Below are positions 1 to 64,000 of a stretch of 64,000 bases of DNA, one piece after another (within the stretch, counting starts at the first letter, position 1; each line of letters starts with the position of its first letter). The notes under the pieces are model-generated. The model was not told the origin of the DNA and made no database searches. It saw only the letters and a list, made by a program, of their open reading frames with translations. This DNA comes from Octopus sinensis. Lineage: Eukaryota. The translations under genes and the position numbers were made by a program. The DNA lies in contig NC_043023.1 in the NCBI RefSeq assembly GCF_006345805.1, forward strand, positions 8,618,001 to 8,682,000. The letters are read 5' to 3'.

Positions 1-137
1 TAGAGTTGTCCACATAGTGGATAACTCTCTAATAATTTATGTATAAATTTGTATTTTCTCCGTAGTTTTTTGTGCTAAGCCACTTGGTGTAAATTGATGG
101 TATTATTAAATTAATATCGATTTTTCACCCTCATTTA

Positions 138-200
<63 letters not shown>

Positions 201-658
201 TCAAGATATATAACTTTCTTCAAAAAACTAAATTTACTTCTTATATTACATTAAACAATTTTCAATATTTATACCTTTAACCTTTATTGATAATACAATA
301 CTGTTGAGCTAAAATACTGTATAATCCGTAATAATGTAATTTTTAACAAATCTAAGTGCATAACTCTTGGCTGAAACGCAGAAAATCTGAAAAACATGCC
401 GCATTTCAACAGCAGTAAATATATTCTAGCTACCAATTACGTATTTACTTTATCGGATAATCTATAATGTGTGTGTCTGTCGGTTCACGATTCACCTTTG
501 ATCATATTTTGCTTCAAAACACTAAATTTTCTCCTAATATCACATCAAACATACTTTCACCTAACGTAGCTTTATTTTTGCCTATTGATGCAACGCTACG
601 CAACTAAGAGACTCTATAATGTAATTTTATGTATGTATAAGTATATATATATATATAA

Positions 659-715
<57 letters not shown>

Positions 716-777
716 AGTATGTATAAGTATATATATATATATATATATATAGTATATATATATATATATATATATAA

Positions 778-823
<46 letters not shown>

Positions 824-844
824 AAGTATATATATATATATATC

Positions 845-1030
845 ATCATCATCATCATCGTTTAACGTCCGTTCTCCATGCTAGCATGGGTTGGACGGTT
901 CGACCGGGGATCTGGGAAGCCAGAAGGTTGCACCAGACTCCAGTCTTATCTGGCAATGTTTCTACAGCTGGATGCCCTTCCTAACGCCAACCACTGAGAG
1001 TGTAGTGGGTGCTTTTTACATGCCACCTGC
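845..1030 (-). mobile_element. SINE 3' part with (ATG)n tail; related fragment near 40020-40145(+)
   Basis: gttggcgttaggaagggcatccagctgtag core and gacgttaaacgatgatgatg tail. Confidence 0.65.
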
Positions 1031-1586
1031 ACAGTTTTACGTGCCACCTATATTATGGAGTATGGCCATTGCACGAAGCTTAATCAATGTTGTTATTGTG
1101 CAATGCCTGTGCAAGAAGATTTTTTTTAAAGTTAGGAAAGGCTGTGCACTGAGTCAATCTCACTCCCTAAGCAACAGCAGCCAAAATCCGGAAAGAAGAA
1201 CAAGTCAACATCATCGGTAACCACTGAGCCGCATGTTTTATGTCGGAGTTATCCCAGTTACCTGAGTTACCTTCTCCTAGAAGGATGCTCTAACAAAGGC
1301 TAAGTGTCCTTCACTCCCAATGGTTTAACCGCGCGATCGGGTATTCAGTCCGATTATTTCTATGTCCTCGCGCATGATACAGCCCTAAAATATTTATTGG
1401 ATGGGCGTTGAATCTCAAGACTTCCTCCGCCCTTTGACGGGTTTTGTTTTTCATCCCGCAGGGTGACCAATAAACACCCTCCTCACCAAGTAAGCTTGGT
1501 GGAGTTGCGGGTTTAGTCACCGACGACCCGACCATGCAACAGGTTGTACTAGGTTACATGTTTCCAGTAGCACTCGAAAGACCCCT

Positions 1587-1649
<63 letters not shown>

Positions 1650-1650
<1 letters not shown>

Positions 1651-2200
1651 ATTATAGATTATACTGACAATGTAAAAAAGTAAATATGAAATTAGCTGCT
1701 AGAATATATTTTCTGCCTTTGAAATCAAGCAAGTTTTTCAGTTTTTCTGCATTTCAGCTTATGGGCATGCAAGTAAACATGTTTAAAATTACATTATTAC
1801 AGATTATACAGTATTTTAGCTGAACGGTATTGCACTATCAATAAAGGCTAAATGTATAAATATTGAAAATTGTTTAATGTAATATAAGAAGTAAATTTAG
1901 TTTTTTGAAGAAAATTATGAACAAAGGAGACTCTTTGTATATTATAGATTATATTATATATATTGTATATTATATTATATATTATATATTATATTGTATA
2001 TTATAGATTATATTGAGAATGTAAAATAGTAAATATGAAATTGGCCGCTAGAGTATAGTTACTGCCTTTGAAATCAAGCAAGATCTGCATAGTCATACAA
2101 GTAAGCATGTTGAAAATTATATTATTGCGGATTATACAGTCTCTTAATTACATAGTGTTGTATTGAGAGGTAAAAATAAAGCTAAGTTAAATGGAGAAAT
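1650..2200. repeat. Diverged ~350-bp tandem duplication
   Basis: ttatagattata.tga.aatgtaaaa.agtaaatatgaaatt...ctgcctttgaaatcaagcaag occurs near 1652 and near 2001. Confidence 0.7.
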
Positions 2201-2262
2201 GCTTAATAAGAACATTTAGATTTTTGACGCAAAATATAATCTTGAAGATATTTTCTTGATTT

Positions 2263-54627
<52,365 letters not shown>

Positions 54628-55171
54628 CTGTAGGGATTCATAAGAAATAAACTAGAAGAATTTAGTCATAAAAATGTAAATATTATGTCTAAACAATAAG
54701 ATGCAGAAATTGAGAGAAAGAAATAGGAGAGAAAAATAGCTACAACATGAAACAGACAAAAGTGAATGAACGGTGAAATTCATAACATTGACAAATTGAT
54801 CAACAAATTTTATAAATTCTAAATTCTAGATTTCTGCTTTTACCCTTTCGGGCACAGCCACCCCTATAGGCTTTCACCCACTTTTTTTCGTTTCTTCTCT
54901 TTTGTGGCTTCGTATATAATATTAAAATGTCAGCGGAATATTTGTTCTCGCTCTCATGTGCTTTATTGCGTATCACCTACCATCCACGTAACTTCAACTA
55001 CGACACACATCACAAGCACCACTATTTTCGTCATTATTTTTATTTTTCTTATATCACCATCTTCTCATTAAGAGGATATTGGCAATCGTTATTTCCATAG
55101 TTATCACACATATAAAATACACACGTATACAATATATTTATCTATCTATCTCTCTTTCTTTCTCTCTCTCG

Positions 55172-55214
<43 letters not shown>

Positions 55215-55414
55215 ATATATATATATAAATATATATATGTACGTATATATATATATTTATATTAAATATGAATTAGAGATAAAACCACTATTATGCAACT
55301 CAAACAGTGTTAGACATAAACCAATACATAAATAACAAATGATACGTATATATTTATATACATATATATTTATAACTTTTAGCTACAACACAAAAAGTAG
55401 AAAATGAATGATAA

Positions 55415-55468
<54 letters not shown>

Positions 55469-55482
55469 TATACACATGTATA

Positions 55483-55513
<31 letters not shown>

Positions 55514-55557
55514 TATACACATGTATATATATGTATATATATATATGTGTATGTATG

Positions 55558-55589
<32 letters not shown>

Positions 55590-55978
55590 TTACGTACAAA
55601 ATTAGGAGGAATGACCACAGAAGTGGACTCCTAATATGCTAGATATTGATGTCAAATTGCCCAACCACAAAGCGTGTGTTCTCAAGAAAAAAAGTTCAGC
55701 AAACAACCAGAATGTAAAAATGAGCAAGACAAATAAAAACATACGAAATAAAAAAACGATTACCTATGTACCAATTGTTTCACTCGTTAATATTTACGCA
55801 TGTAAATATCTGCAGGCTCATCAGCTTAGTCTGTCGTTTACAAAACATAATTTCCAGTACTAGACACAGGCACAGGATGCGCACTCTTAATTTTGTATGT
55901 AATATAATTTTAAATCTTCTGATTTTTTTAAATATGTTAAGCCACTGGTTTCAATTGATTATTATCATTTTCTACCCT

Positions 55979-56023
<45 letters not shown>

Positions 56024-56029
<6 letters not shown>

Positions 56030-59000
56030 GCATCCTTTTTGCCTCGGGAGACAATGGAGTTGCGCATAAAATAGTCCAGTCCGGCTTTTACATTTCATGT
56101 CCTGATACATTTCCTGCTGTGGCTGTTTAGTCCTATCCTGGACAAACACTCCCTCTGGCAGGTACTGCAAATGTAGCGAAGACTGTTCCTGGCTGGTTGT
56201 AATGCCATAGTTTCTTGTTGACATCTTTTCTTGTCTTTCCATTTCTCCTCTCTCTCTCTGTCACTCCTTTGTATTCCCTCTTTTACGGTACGTCCCCAAT
56301 CTCCACGGTTACCGGCAACTGCTTCCCAACCGCTAATATTGATGTTGCAGGCCTTCATGTCCCTTTTGCAAACATCCTTGTAACGTAAGAACAGTCTACC
56401 CACAGACCTAGTACCCCTAGCAAGCTCTCCGTAGAGTATGTCCTTGGGGATTCTGCCATCTTTCATACGGCTAACATGCCCAAGCCATCTCATACGTCTT
56501 TGTGTGAGAAGTGCATACATGCTTGGTATTCCTGCTTACTTGAGGACATCTTTGTTGGGGATATGATTCTGCCATTTGATGCGAAGGATTTTCCGGAGGC
56601 AGCGCAGGTGAAAGATGTTTAGGCGACGCTCTTGGCGTGTGTATAGCGTCCAAGTCTCACTTCCTTACAGTAGAGTGCTAAGTACACATACCTGGTAGAT
56701 CTTCATTTTCGTGGTCTTGGTCAGCTTATTGTTGTCCCATGCCCGTTTGGAGAGTTGGGCCATCGCAGCAGCTGCCTTGCCAATGCGTATATTGAGCTCA
56801 GCGTCAAGGGATAGGTTGAGGGTGACGGTAGAGCCAAGATAGGTAAACTTCGCCACCTCCTGTAATCTGTGGTCTCCAATATGTATGTTTGGGATGTCCG
56901 ATGTAGCCTGACCCATGATGTTGGTCTTCTTAATGTTGATAGCTAAGCCAAAGTCGTTACATGCTTGCTCAAAACAGTTAATGAGCTTTTGGAGGGCTTC
57001 TTCTGTGTGTGATACCAGAGCGGCATCATCAGCAAATAGCATCTCCTTGATCAGGACGTTTCTGATTTTGGTCTTGGCACGCAGGCGCGAGAGATTGAAC
57101 AGTTTCCCGTCACTTCTACTGTACAGAAACACTCCATCATCTGATGTCTGAAAGGCATGTGAGAGTAAGAGCGAGAAGAAGATGCCAAATAATGTAGGAG
57201 CGAGGACACAACCTTGCTTTACCCCGTTTTTTATTTGGAAGGCGGCTGATGTTGAACCATTGTGTTGTATGGTGCCTTGCATATCATCATGGAAAGACTT
57301 GATGATCCTCAGCAGCTTTGGTGGACATCTGATTTTTTGGAGCAGGATGAAGAGGCCTGTTCTGCTTACCGAGTCAAAGGCCTTTGTTAGATCAATGAAG
57401 GCGATATATAATGGCATTTTCTGCTCTCTGGATTTCTCCTGAAGTTGGCGTATGGAGAATATCATATCAATAGTTGATCTGCTTCTTCTAAAGCCACACT
57501 GCGATTCCGGATAGATTCGAGAAGCAAGTAGTTATAGCCTGGTCAGGATAACGCGAGCAAAGGTCTTTCCAACAGTGCTTAGAAGAGATATTCCACGGTA
57601 ATTGTTACAATCACCACGGTCACCTTTGTTTTTGTAAAGCATAATGATGTTAGCATCCCGCATATCCTGAGGGACTGCACCATCTTCCCAGCACTGACAC
57701 AGAAGCTCATGAAGGTGCCGAAGCAGGATGGTGTTTTTGCCGGCTTTGATGATCTCTGAGGGGATGCCGTCTTTTCCTGGAGCCTTGTTTCTTGCTAGGG
57801 AGTCAATAGCCTTGGTGAGCTCTGCTATAGATGGCGGACTGTCAAGTTCGCACAAGACTGGCAAGATCTTGACACTCTCGACTGCAGCCTCAGCCACTGT
57901 AGTCTCCCGTGAGTAGAGATCCTGGTAGTGCTCCACCCATCTATCCATTTGCTTGCTTTGATCCCTGATGAGATCTCCAGTAGTTGATTTCAGAGGGGCT
58001 GACTTGGTTGCGGATGGACCGAGGGCCTTCTTCAAACCGGCATACATCCCACGGGTGTCGCCCCCGTCAGCAGCTGACTGGATACTCTGACAGATTTCCT
58101 GCCAATACCTATTTGCACAGCGTCTGGCTGTCAGTTGGGTTTTATTTCTTGCCTTTCTAAGTTCTTCGAGTGACTTTGTAGAAGAATCACTCTTGTATTG
58201 CATCAGAGCTGCACGCTTTGCTTCGATAACTGGCTCCAGCTCTGAGAGCCCAGCATTGAACCAATCTGGGTTTTGCCTTTCTCTCATGCCGAAAGTATCT
58301 ATTGATGTCGTATGAAAAGCTTCCCTGTAATAATTCCACCTACCTTCAGCAGAGGAGGTTGGGCAGCTACTGAGGGCAACATTGATAGAAGCAGCAAAAC
58401 ATTTTCGCAGTGTAGGGTCCGAGGTTCTGGCAGTGTTAATGCGTGGTCGGCCCACTTTCTTGGAGCGATGGACTTTTTTAGGCAGAATCATCACCCTACT
58501 TCTAATTAGTGAGTGGTCTGTGTCACAATCCGCGCTGTGGTAACTGCGGGTCAATAGAGTAGAATTCAGAAAGGATCTCCGTGTAATGATGAGATCCAGC
58601 TGATGCCAGTGGTGAGATCTTGGATGTCTCCAAGATGCCTTGTGGGATGGCTTGTTGGTAAAGAATGTGTTTGTGATGCACAGGTTGTGGTATGTGCAGA
58701 ATTCGAATAGTCTCTGACCATTGTCATTCATGTTACCAATACCAAAGTGTCCAACACAAATGGGCCACGAATCATAGTCAGATCCCACGCGAGCATTAAA
58801 ATCCCCTAGAAGGTAGATATTTTCAGTTGTTGGTATATTTTTTATGACACAGTTGAGATCTTTGTAGAACTGGTCCTTGGTCTCCTCTGAGCTGTAGAGA
58901 GTGGGAGCATAGATGCTGAGTAGATGTACTGAGCCAGAAGAAGTCGAGTGGCGCAGTGAGAGGATACGCTCATTGCCTCCTGGTGGTGGTTCTATTGAGG

Positions 59001-59695
59001 AGAGTAATGAGTTTCTCACTGCAAAGCCAACGCCATGCTGACGAGGTTCTTCTAGATCGCTTCCCTGCCAAAAGAAGGTGAAATCCTGTTCTTTGTGTTT
59101 ACCGTTTGAAGGAAGTCTTGTCTCCAGTAGCCCAGCAATGTCTACGTTAAGCCTCTTTAGTTCACGGTCAATGATGGCCGTTTTCCTTGTGTCTTCAACC
59201 CTGAGTAGATCATCAGATATTCCAGGGCACATGGTCCTGACAATCCAGCTTGCCAACCACAGGACTGGTGGTTTCTTGTCTTTTAGTTGTTTGCCTGTTG
59301 CAGAGGTTGCAGGCCGCTTTTCAAGTCATACTCTTAGCTCCAAGCACCCAATGAAGCAGGCGGTCTGTGGCGGTTCAGCACCTTATTAACTGGGGGCTGC
59401 CCAGCTTGAGGCGGGCAGTAGCTAACCAATAGGACACGGAGGTCCCTCCCCCCGTCAGAGGTAACCCGTAGCGCACATATTTTACGCCAATCTGAATGGA
59501 CTTATCACTCGTGACTGTTACCTCCCGTGTTGTTTCTGCAGCTTTTTATAGCAGCACTGAAGTGTTCTCTCCAGTTTTGCGCAGGCCTGGGCTAGAGATA
59601 TGAAAGTCCTGGGTAGCCCGATCGTCAGGTTTCCTCTCTCGACCTTGCTGATGTAGTCCAAAGGAGTGCAGAGCATTACGTTTGGCACCAGTTGA
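56024..59695 (-). mobile_element. Near-full-length RTE-clade LINE (APE + RT), few disablements
   Basis: APE motifs ASWIVRTM, IAGLLETRL, YLLGDFNARVG, DTDHSLI; RT motifs NYRGISLLS, FIDLTKAFDSV, GVKQGCVLAPTLF, LFADD; frameshift near 57500, TAA at 56665-56667; microsatellite at the 3' end. Confidence 0.93.
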
Positions 59696-59833
59696 ACCCG
59701 GAACTCGTGTCAGGCAGGGTCGTCACTCCCTGAAGTAGTGAAGAAGTTCGCTACCCACTACCTTTTCAAGTAATGTTAAAATATAATATATATATATATG
59801 AAAGAATGGAGTTGAACGACTAGTTAACAAATA

Positions 59834-59930
59834 TCCTTTATTCTCGACATATGTTTCGAAGGCTGCATATTCCTAATTCCGAAGGAATAAGGAGTACATT
59901 ATGCAGATTTCTCATCAGGAAAATCAAGGA
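59834..59930 (-). ncRNA. Second copy of the hammerhead in the inverted pseudo-LTR
   Basis: Reverse complement of 63222-63318 with one substitution seen (inner stem II hairpin); core intact. Confidence 0.83.
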
Positions 59931-62900
59931 ACTTATGTCGGTTATCTTTCGAATTATCCTTAATAAAATAATTCATTCAATTACTCAAATATTCATATAC
60001 AGCTTCGTCCAGATCCTGCTACCATAACAGATACCGCAAATGGAGTTGTTCGAGATTAATGCATCCCTTAAGGACATACCAATACCACCAAAAGAAACCT
60101 TCCTTAAGGAAATTGTCAACAAAACAAATGCATTCATCAACCGAATTAGATGGCTCGCTTTCTTCCATGATAACGAGGACTTAAAACAGAACGGTACAGA
60201 AACATCTTCCGAATATAAGAAGCTATTCAAGTCGAGGGAGACACCGCCACCCAATCCCAGACTGAAGAAATTTGAGGACGACTTGTGGGACATTGTAAGG
60301 AGCGTTAAATTCCGTAAATCGCCCCTTAGGAATAAACACCTTAGATACCTCAACAAAATTACCAAAGATATAAACAGCTCAGACGCTATCCTGGTCCAAT
60401 CAGATAAAACCAGGAATACATACAAGCTAGCAAAAAAACAGTATTTAGAATTGCTCAAGAAGGAAATACAGAACTACGAATAAGGATACACATAGAAAAG
60501 CCAACTTGGAAATTAAGAAAATCATGGTTACTCATGGTTTGCAAATGAAAACGCAACCACTCAAACCCAAGGTAACCAAGATTCATCGTCAAGGACCATA
60601 AACCAAACTTCCAAACCAACCCAGTATTAAGGCTCATTTGCCCATCTAGTTCCGACATCGGTTCCATAAGTAAGTACATTTTAGATAAATACATACCTAG
60701 ATTAGTTAATAAGCTAAAACTCAACATATGGTCTAACTCCACTCAAGTCGTAGAATGGTTCTTTTCCATTTCTAATAAAAATAGAACTAAATTCATTCAA
60801 TTCGATATTTCCAATTTCTACCCTTCGATAAACCCCATCGTGCTCAATAAGGCCCTATGACACGCACATAACAAGGCAGGGCTGACAAGGGAGGAAATTA
60901 ATATAATTCTAGCCGCTAGAATATCCTTCATTCAATTCGATGATAAGTTATGGGTCCGTAAGGATACTCCTAACGCGTTCGATGTGTCAATGGGAAGCTC
61001 AGATAGCGCCCAGGTAGCCGATTTGGTCGGAATCTATATTCTATATGAATTAGCCGACCAATTCCCGGACATCTGCGGCGGTCTGTATCGAGACGATTGT
61101 CTTTTTTACCTACAGAATGCCCCTAACAGTAGGATACAGAAGACTAAAAATAGATTAGTTAGATTTTTCAGCAGGATGGGCATGAGCATAATTTTTGACA
61201 GCGAACTAACTAAGGCCAATTTCTTAGATGTTACCCTAAATTTGCATAATAATTCTTACTTCCCTTACCATAAGCCGTCTACGAACCTAAAATATGTAAG
61301 TATTTTCAGTAACCATGCAAAAACTATCACCGGTTAAAAATATATCCTTAAGACTATCTAAGTTATCAGCAAATGTCGACATTTTTAAACAGAAAGCAGA
61401 ATTTTATAATGCCGCCTTGTCAAAGGCCGGTTATAGGGATAAGGTATCATATATCGATCCGGCCCATCCTAAACTAAGATCTACCCATCAAGATAAGATA
61501 ACTTCTAATAATAATATAAATAACATAAATAGTGATTTCAGCTCTAGCAACGGCGACACGAATATATTTTACAATAATAACTTACGGACCAGGGGAGTCC
61601 AGCGTAAACCTAAACCCATTCTACAACACAGAAATATACCCTTTAATGTAAATGTCAACACTCTCAGCCATTCCAAGAACAAAAAAAATTATATCTGGTT
61701 TGTGATTCCTTTCGGGAGACAAATCAGGTCTAATCTCCCTTTACAATTCCGTGAAGCCGTTACTAAGAATTTTCCAAGGAATTCTAGATACTACTCCACT
61801 ATAAATTCGCATAAAGTAAGAATATCATTCTCAAATACTAAAAATCTTTCGCAGATAATAGCTTCCCACAATAATAAGCTGCTAAATAGGGTCTCTCCAC
61901 CCATGAGTAGTGACACCGCCCTTACCCATTCCAACGTAACATACATTAATAATAATAATAGAAGTAGTATGGATATTAGCAACATTCATAGCAGCATTAG
62001 CGTTAGCAATAGTAATAATGATAATAACATTAGCCAGATTATTAACAGTGGTGGTGTTAGTGGTAATAGTACCAGCATTCTTAATAACAGTTATATTATT
62101 GATGATAACAATCGCAGCATTCCTATAGCCAGGGAATTTGCCGACGATATTACGACTAATAGTAATGATAATAAGATGAATAGTATCGTGGCCAAAGCCA
62201 GCAACAATTTTTACACCTATCACAACAATAAAAACTCTGTCTTAGTATCGGAAACCAACCCCAACAGATTAAAGTTCTTATCCAAAAATTCCAAAATTAG
62301 AAACACCACTTACCAATGCATAATCTCTTCTGGAACCGATGTCTACTTCTATATTGGCGCAACCTCTTCTAAATTAGCCCAACGGATCTCCAACCATTAT
62401 TCCACTTTCAGAGATAAGAGAAAGCAACACAGCACGGGGCTAAGCAAATTAGTCTGGCGTCTGAAGAACAATAACGCTACGTTCAAGCTCGAATGGTCCA
62501 TTTTGTCGGTGTCCTTCCCGTTTGATAAAGGCAGAAAATTTTGTGGCATCTGTAATTCCGAACATTTTCATATTTTGTTCGCCAAAGGCCCTTTAATAAA
62601 CACAATCGTCGAAAGATCCTACAGGTGTTTACACTGGAAAAGACACACCTTTCACTCATATAAATAGTGACTAATATAGATAACCCCTCGATTTCCAAAA
62701 AACGTTTTTGCTATACTTCGCCCCAATAGTCAAAAAGATTTTCTTATATTCACAATTACTACTATCCATTATTGCATTGCCTCTCACCTCGCCCGATTAT
62801 TTCTCCCTTTCGCTATCTACTTTCCTTTCTATACAATAAACATAATCGAACACACAGAGACAGATCTTTCATCTCACAGCTGTCAGTTTTCTGACATCAA

Positions 62901-63221
62901 CCCATCCACAAAGACAATCACGCATTCAGACACACACATACACACATTAAGACAGTTATATAAAGTCACACACAGAGGCACTCATTCACAAAAGAAATCA
63001 TTTAAACTCACTATACTTTTGACCTGCACTCTCTCACCTTACTATTCTTATGCCTCCCTCCTCCTACTTCGTTTGAACTCTTGAACCTTTAGAAACTTCT
63101 AGATTCTTCTACATTCAGCCACTCTGACGCCACTCATTATAAAGAGACACTCATTATCGCCATGGGCTCCTTGAGAGCGGTCAGCTAAAGGTTTTTTGTG
63201 CATTTTGATGTCGACATAAGT

Positions 63222-63318
63222 TCCTTGATTTTCCTGATGAGAAATCTGCATAATGTACTCCTAATTCCTTCGGAATTAGGAATATGCAGCCTTCGAAACA
63301 TATGTCGAGAATAAAGGA
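63222..63318 (+). ncRNA. Type I hammerhead ribozyme in the PLE 3' pseudo-LTR
   Basis: Stem I 11/12 pairs; CUGAUGA at 63234-63240; long stem II (CUGCAUA/UAUGCAG plus inner hairpin); GAAA at 63295-63298; palindromic CAUAUG stem III; GUC cleavage triplet at 63304-63306. Confidence 0.85.
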
Positions 63319-63519
63319 TATTTGTTAACTAGTCGTTCAACTTCATTCTTTCATATACTTACAATTTTAAAATAAGCATACAAATATCCGCACGAAGACA
63401 CGTAGTCTATGCCCTATGGACGTAGCTTCAACCGTGTTCTTTCTGATGTGAATTTGCTACCTAGGTATCGGTTATCTTTCGAATTATCCTTAATAAGATA
63501 ATTCATTCAATTACTCAAA

Positions 63520-63550
<31 letters not shown>

Positions 63551-63572
63551 GCTAGTCTGGCACCCGTGCCGT

Positions 63573-63627
<55 letters not shown>

Positions 63628-63727
63628 TAACAAAACCAAGATTTTGGTTTAATAATTCTTTTATTACTAAATTTTTTGTGAGAAATCTATCCGCAACTAA
63701 TATCCTTTGTCTGCTTGTTTCCGTGAA

Positions 63728-63792
<65 letters not shown>

Positions 63793-64000
63793 GGTTCTAT
63801 AGGGATAATACCACTGTTGTTTATAGCCCCGGGATGACATTTCCGTTAGCTGCCAAAACGACACACAACTTGTGTCTTACTTGTATTTGCAAACTAATAT
63901 CATGGTTCCCGGCTCTGGTGTTACGTAATAAACACAGGCCCTGATTTCTGGGTAGTAACTCGTCATCGAAACGCGGGTGTTTGTGTATCACGTAAGGCTA

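Larger units (their letters stand above)
59795..63527 (+). mobile_element. Penelope-like element (RT + GIY-YIG) with inverted 5' pseudo-LTR; ORF disrupted
   Basis: KDIPIP...FINRIRW N-terminus, QFDISNFYPSI, MGSSDSAQVADL, LYRDD, YIGAT...RISNH and CGIC GIY-YIG; stops at 60481 and 60858, frameshift near 61335; 59795-59940 is the reverse complement of 63212-63357; 59939-59995 repeats at 63469-63527. Confidence 0.92.

Noticed and set aside
1270-1590. GC-rich island that might be an ncRNA or promoter
   Set aside because: No diagnostic motif; most likely a LINE 5' UTR fragment, but unassigned.
59400-59760. Possible HDV-like ribozyme in the RTE 5' UTR (GCUCUGC start)
   Set aside because: I could not find a matching P1 3' strand or a nested double pseudoknot by eye; an Infernal or RNArobo search would be needed.

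Overview
AT-rich, microsatellite- and SINE-dense eukaryotic DNA. The repeat landscape looks like an octopus/cephalopod genome (inference, no search run). No prokaryotic operon, rRNA, true tRNA or CRISPR array is supported, and most six-frame ORFs are (TA)n/(TAA)n artefacts or transposon debris. The backbone is one large minus-strand spliced gene that I assembled by hand from GT-AG sites and codon phases: about 20 exons over roughly 52 kb (2.3-54.6 kb), with the 5' end probably beyond 64000. It encodes an adhesion GPCR with an unusual ectodomain: at least 3 LRRs, an LRRCT cap, a 12-Cys Ly6/uPAR (three-finger) domain, an unassigned stalk, HRM, GAIN with an intact GPS (HL|TSFAILM), and an ADGRG-like 7TM. 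The first three-finger exon has a +1 frameshift in an A6 run; the two three-finger exons form a skippable phase 1-1 module. The introns contain an R4/Dong-type LINE inserted in (TAA)n, decayed Tx1/L1-like LINEs, a near-full-length RTE LINE, and a Penelope-like element with inverted pseudo-LTRs, each carrying a complete hammerhead ribozyme fold. They also contain further orphan or decayed hammerheads, four SINE families, Tc1/mariner relics, several foldback/MITE palindromes, and a 458-bp locally templated insertion with an 11-bp target duplication. All coordinates were read by eye; TE and SINE ends are approximate.
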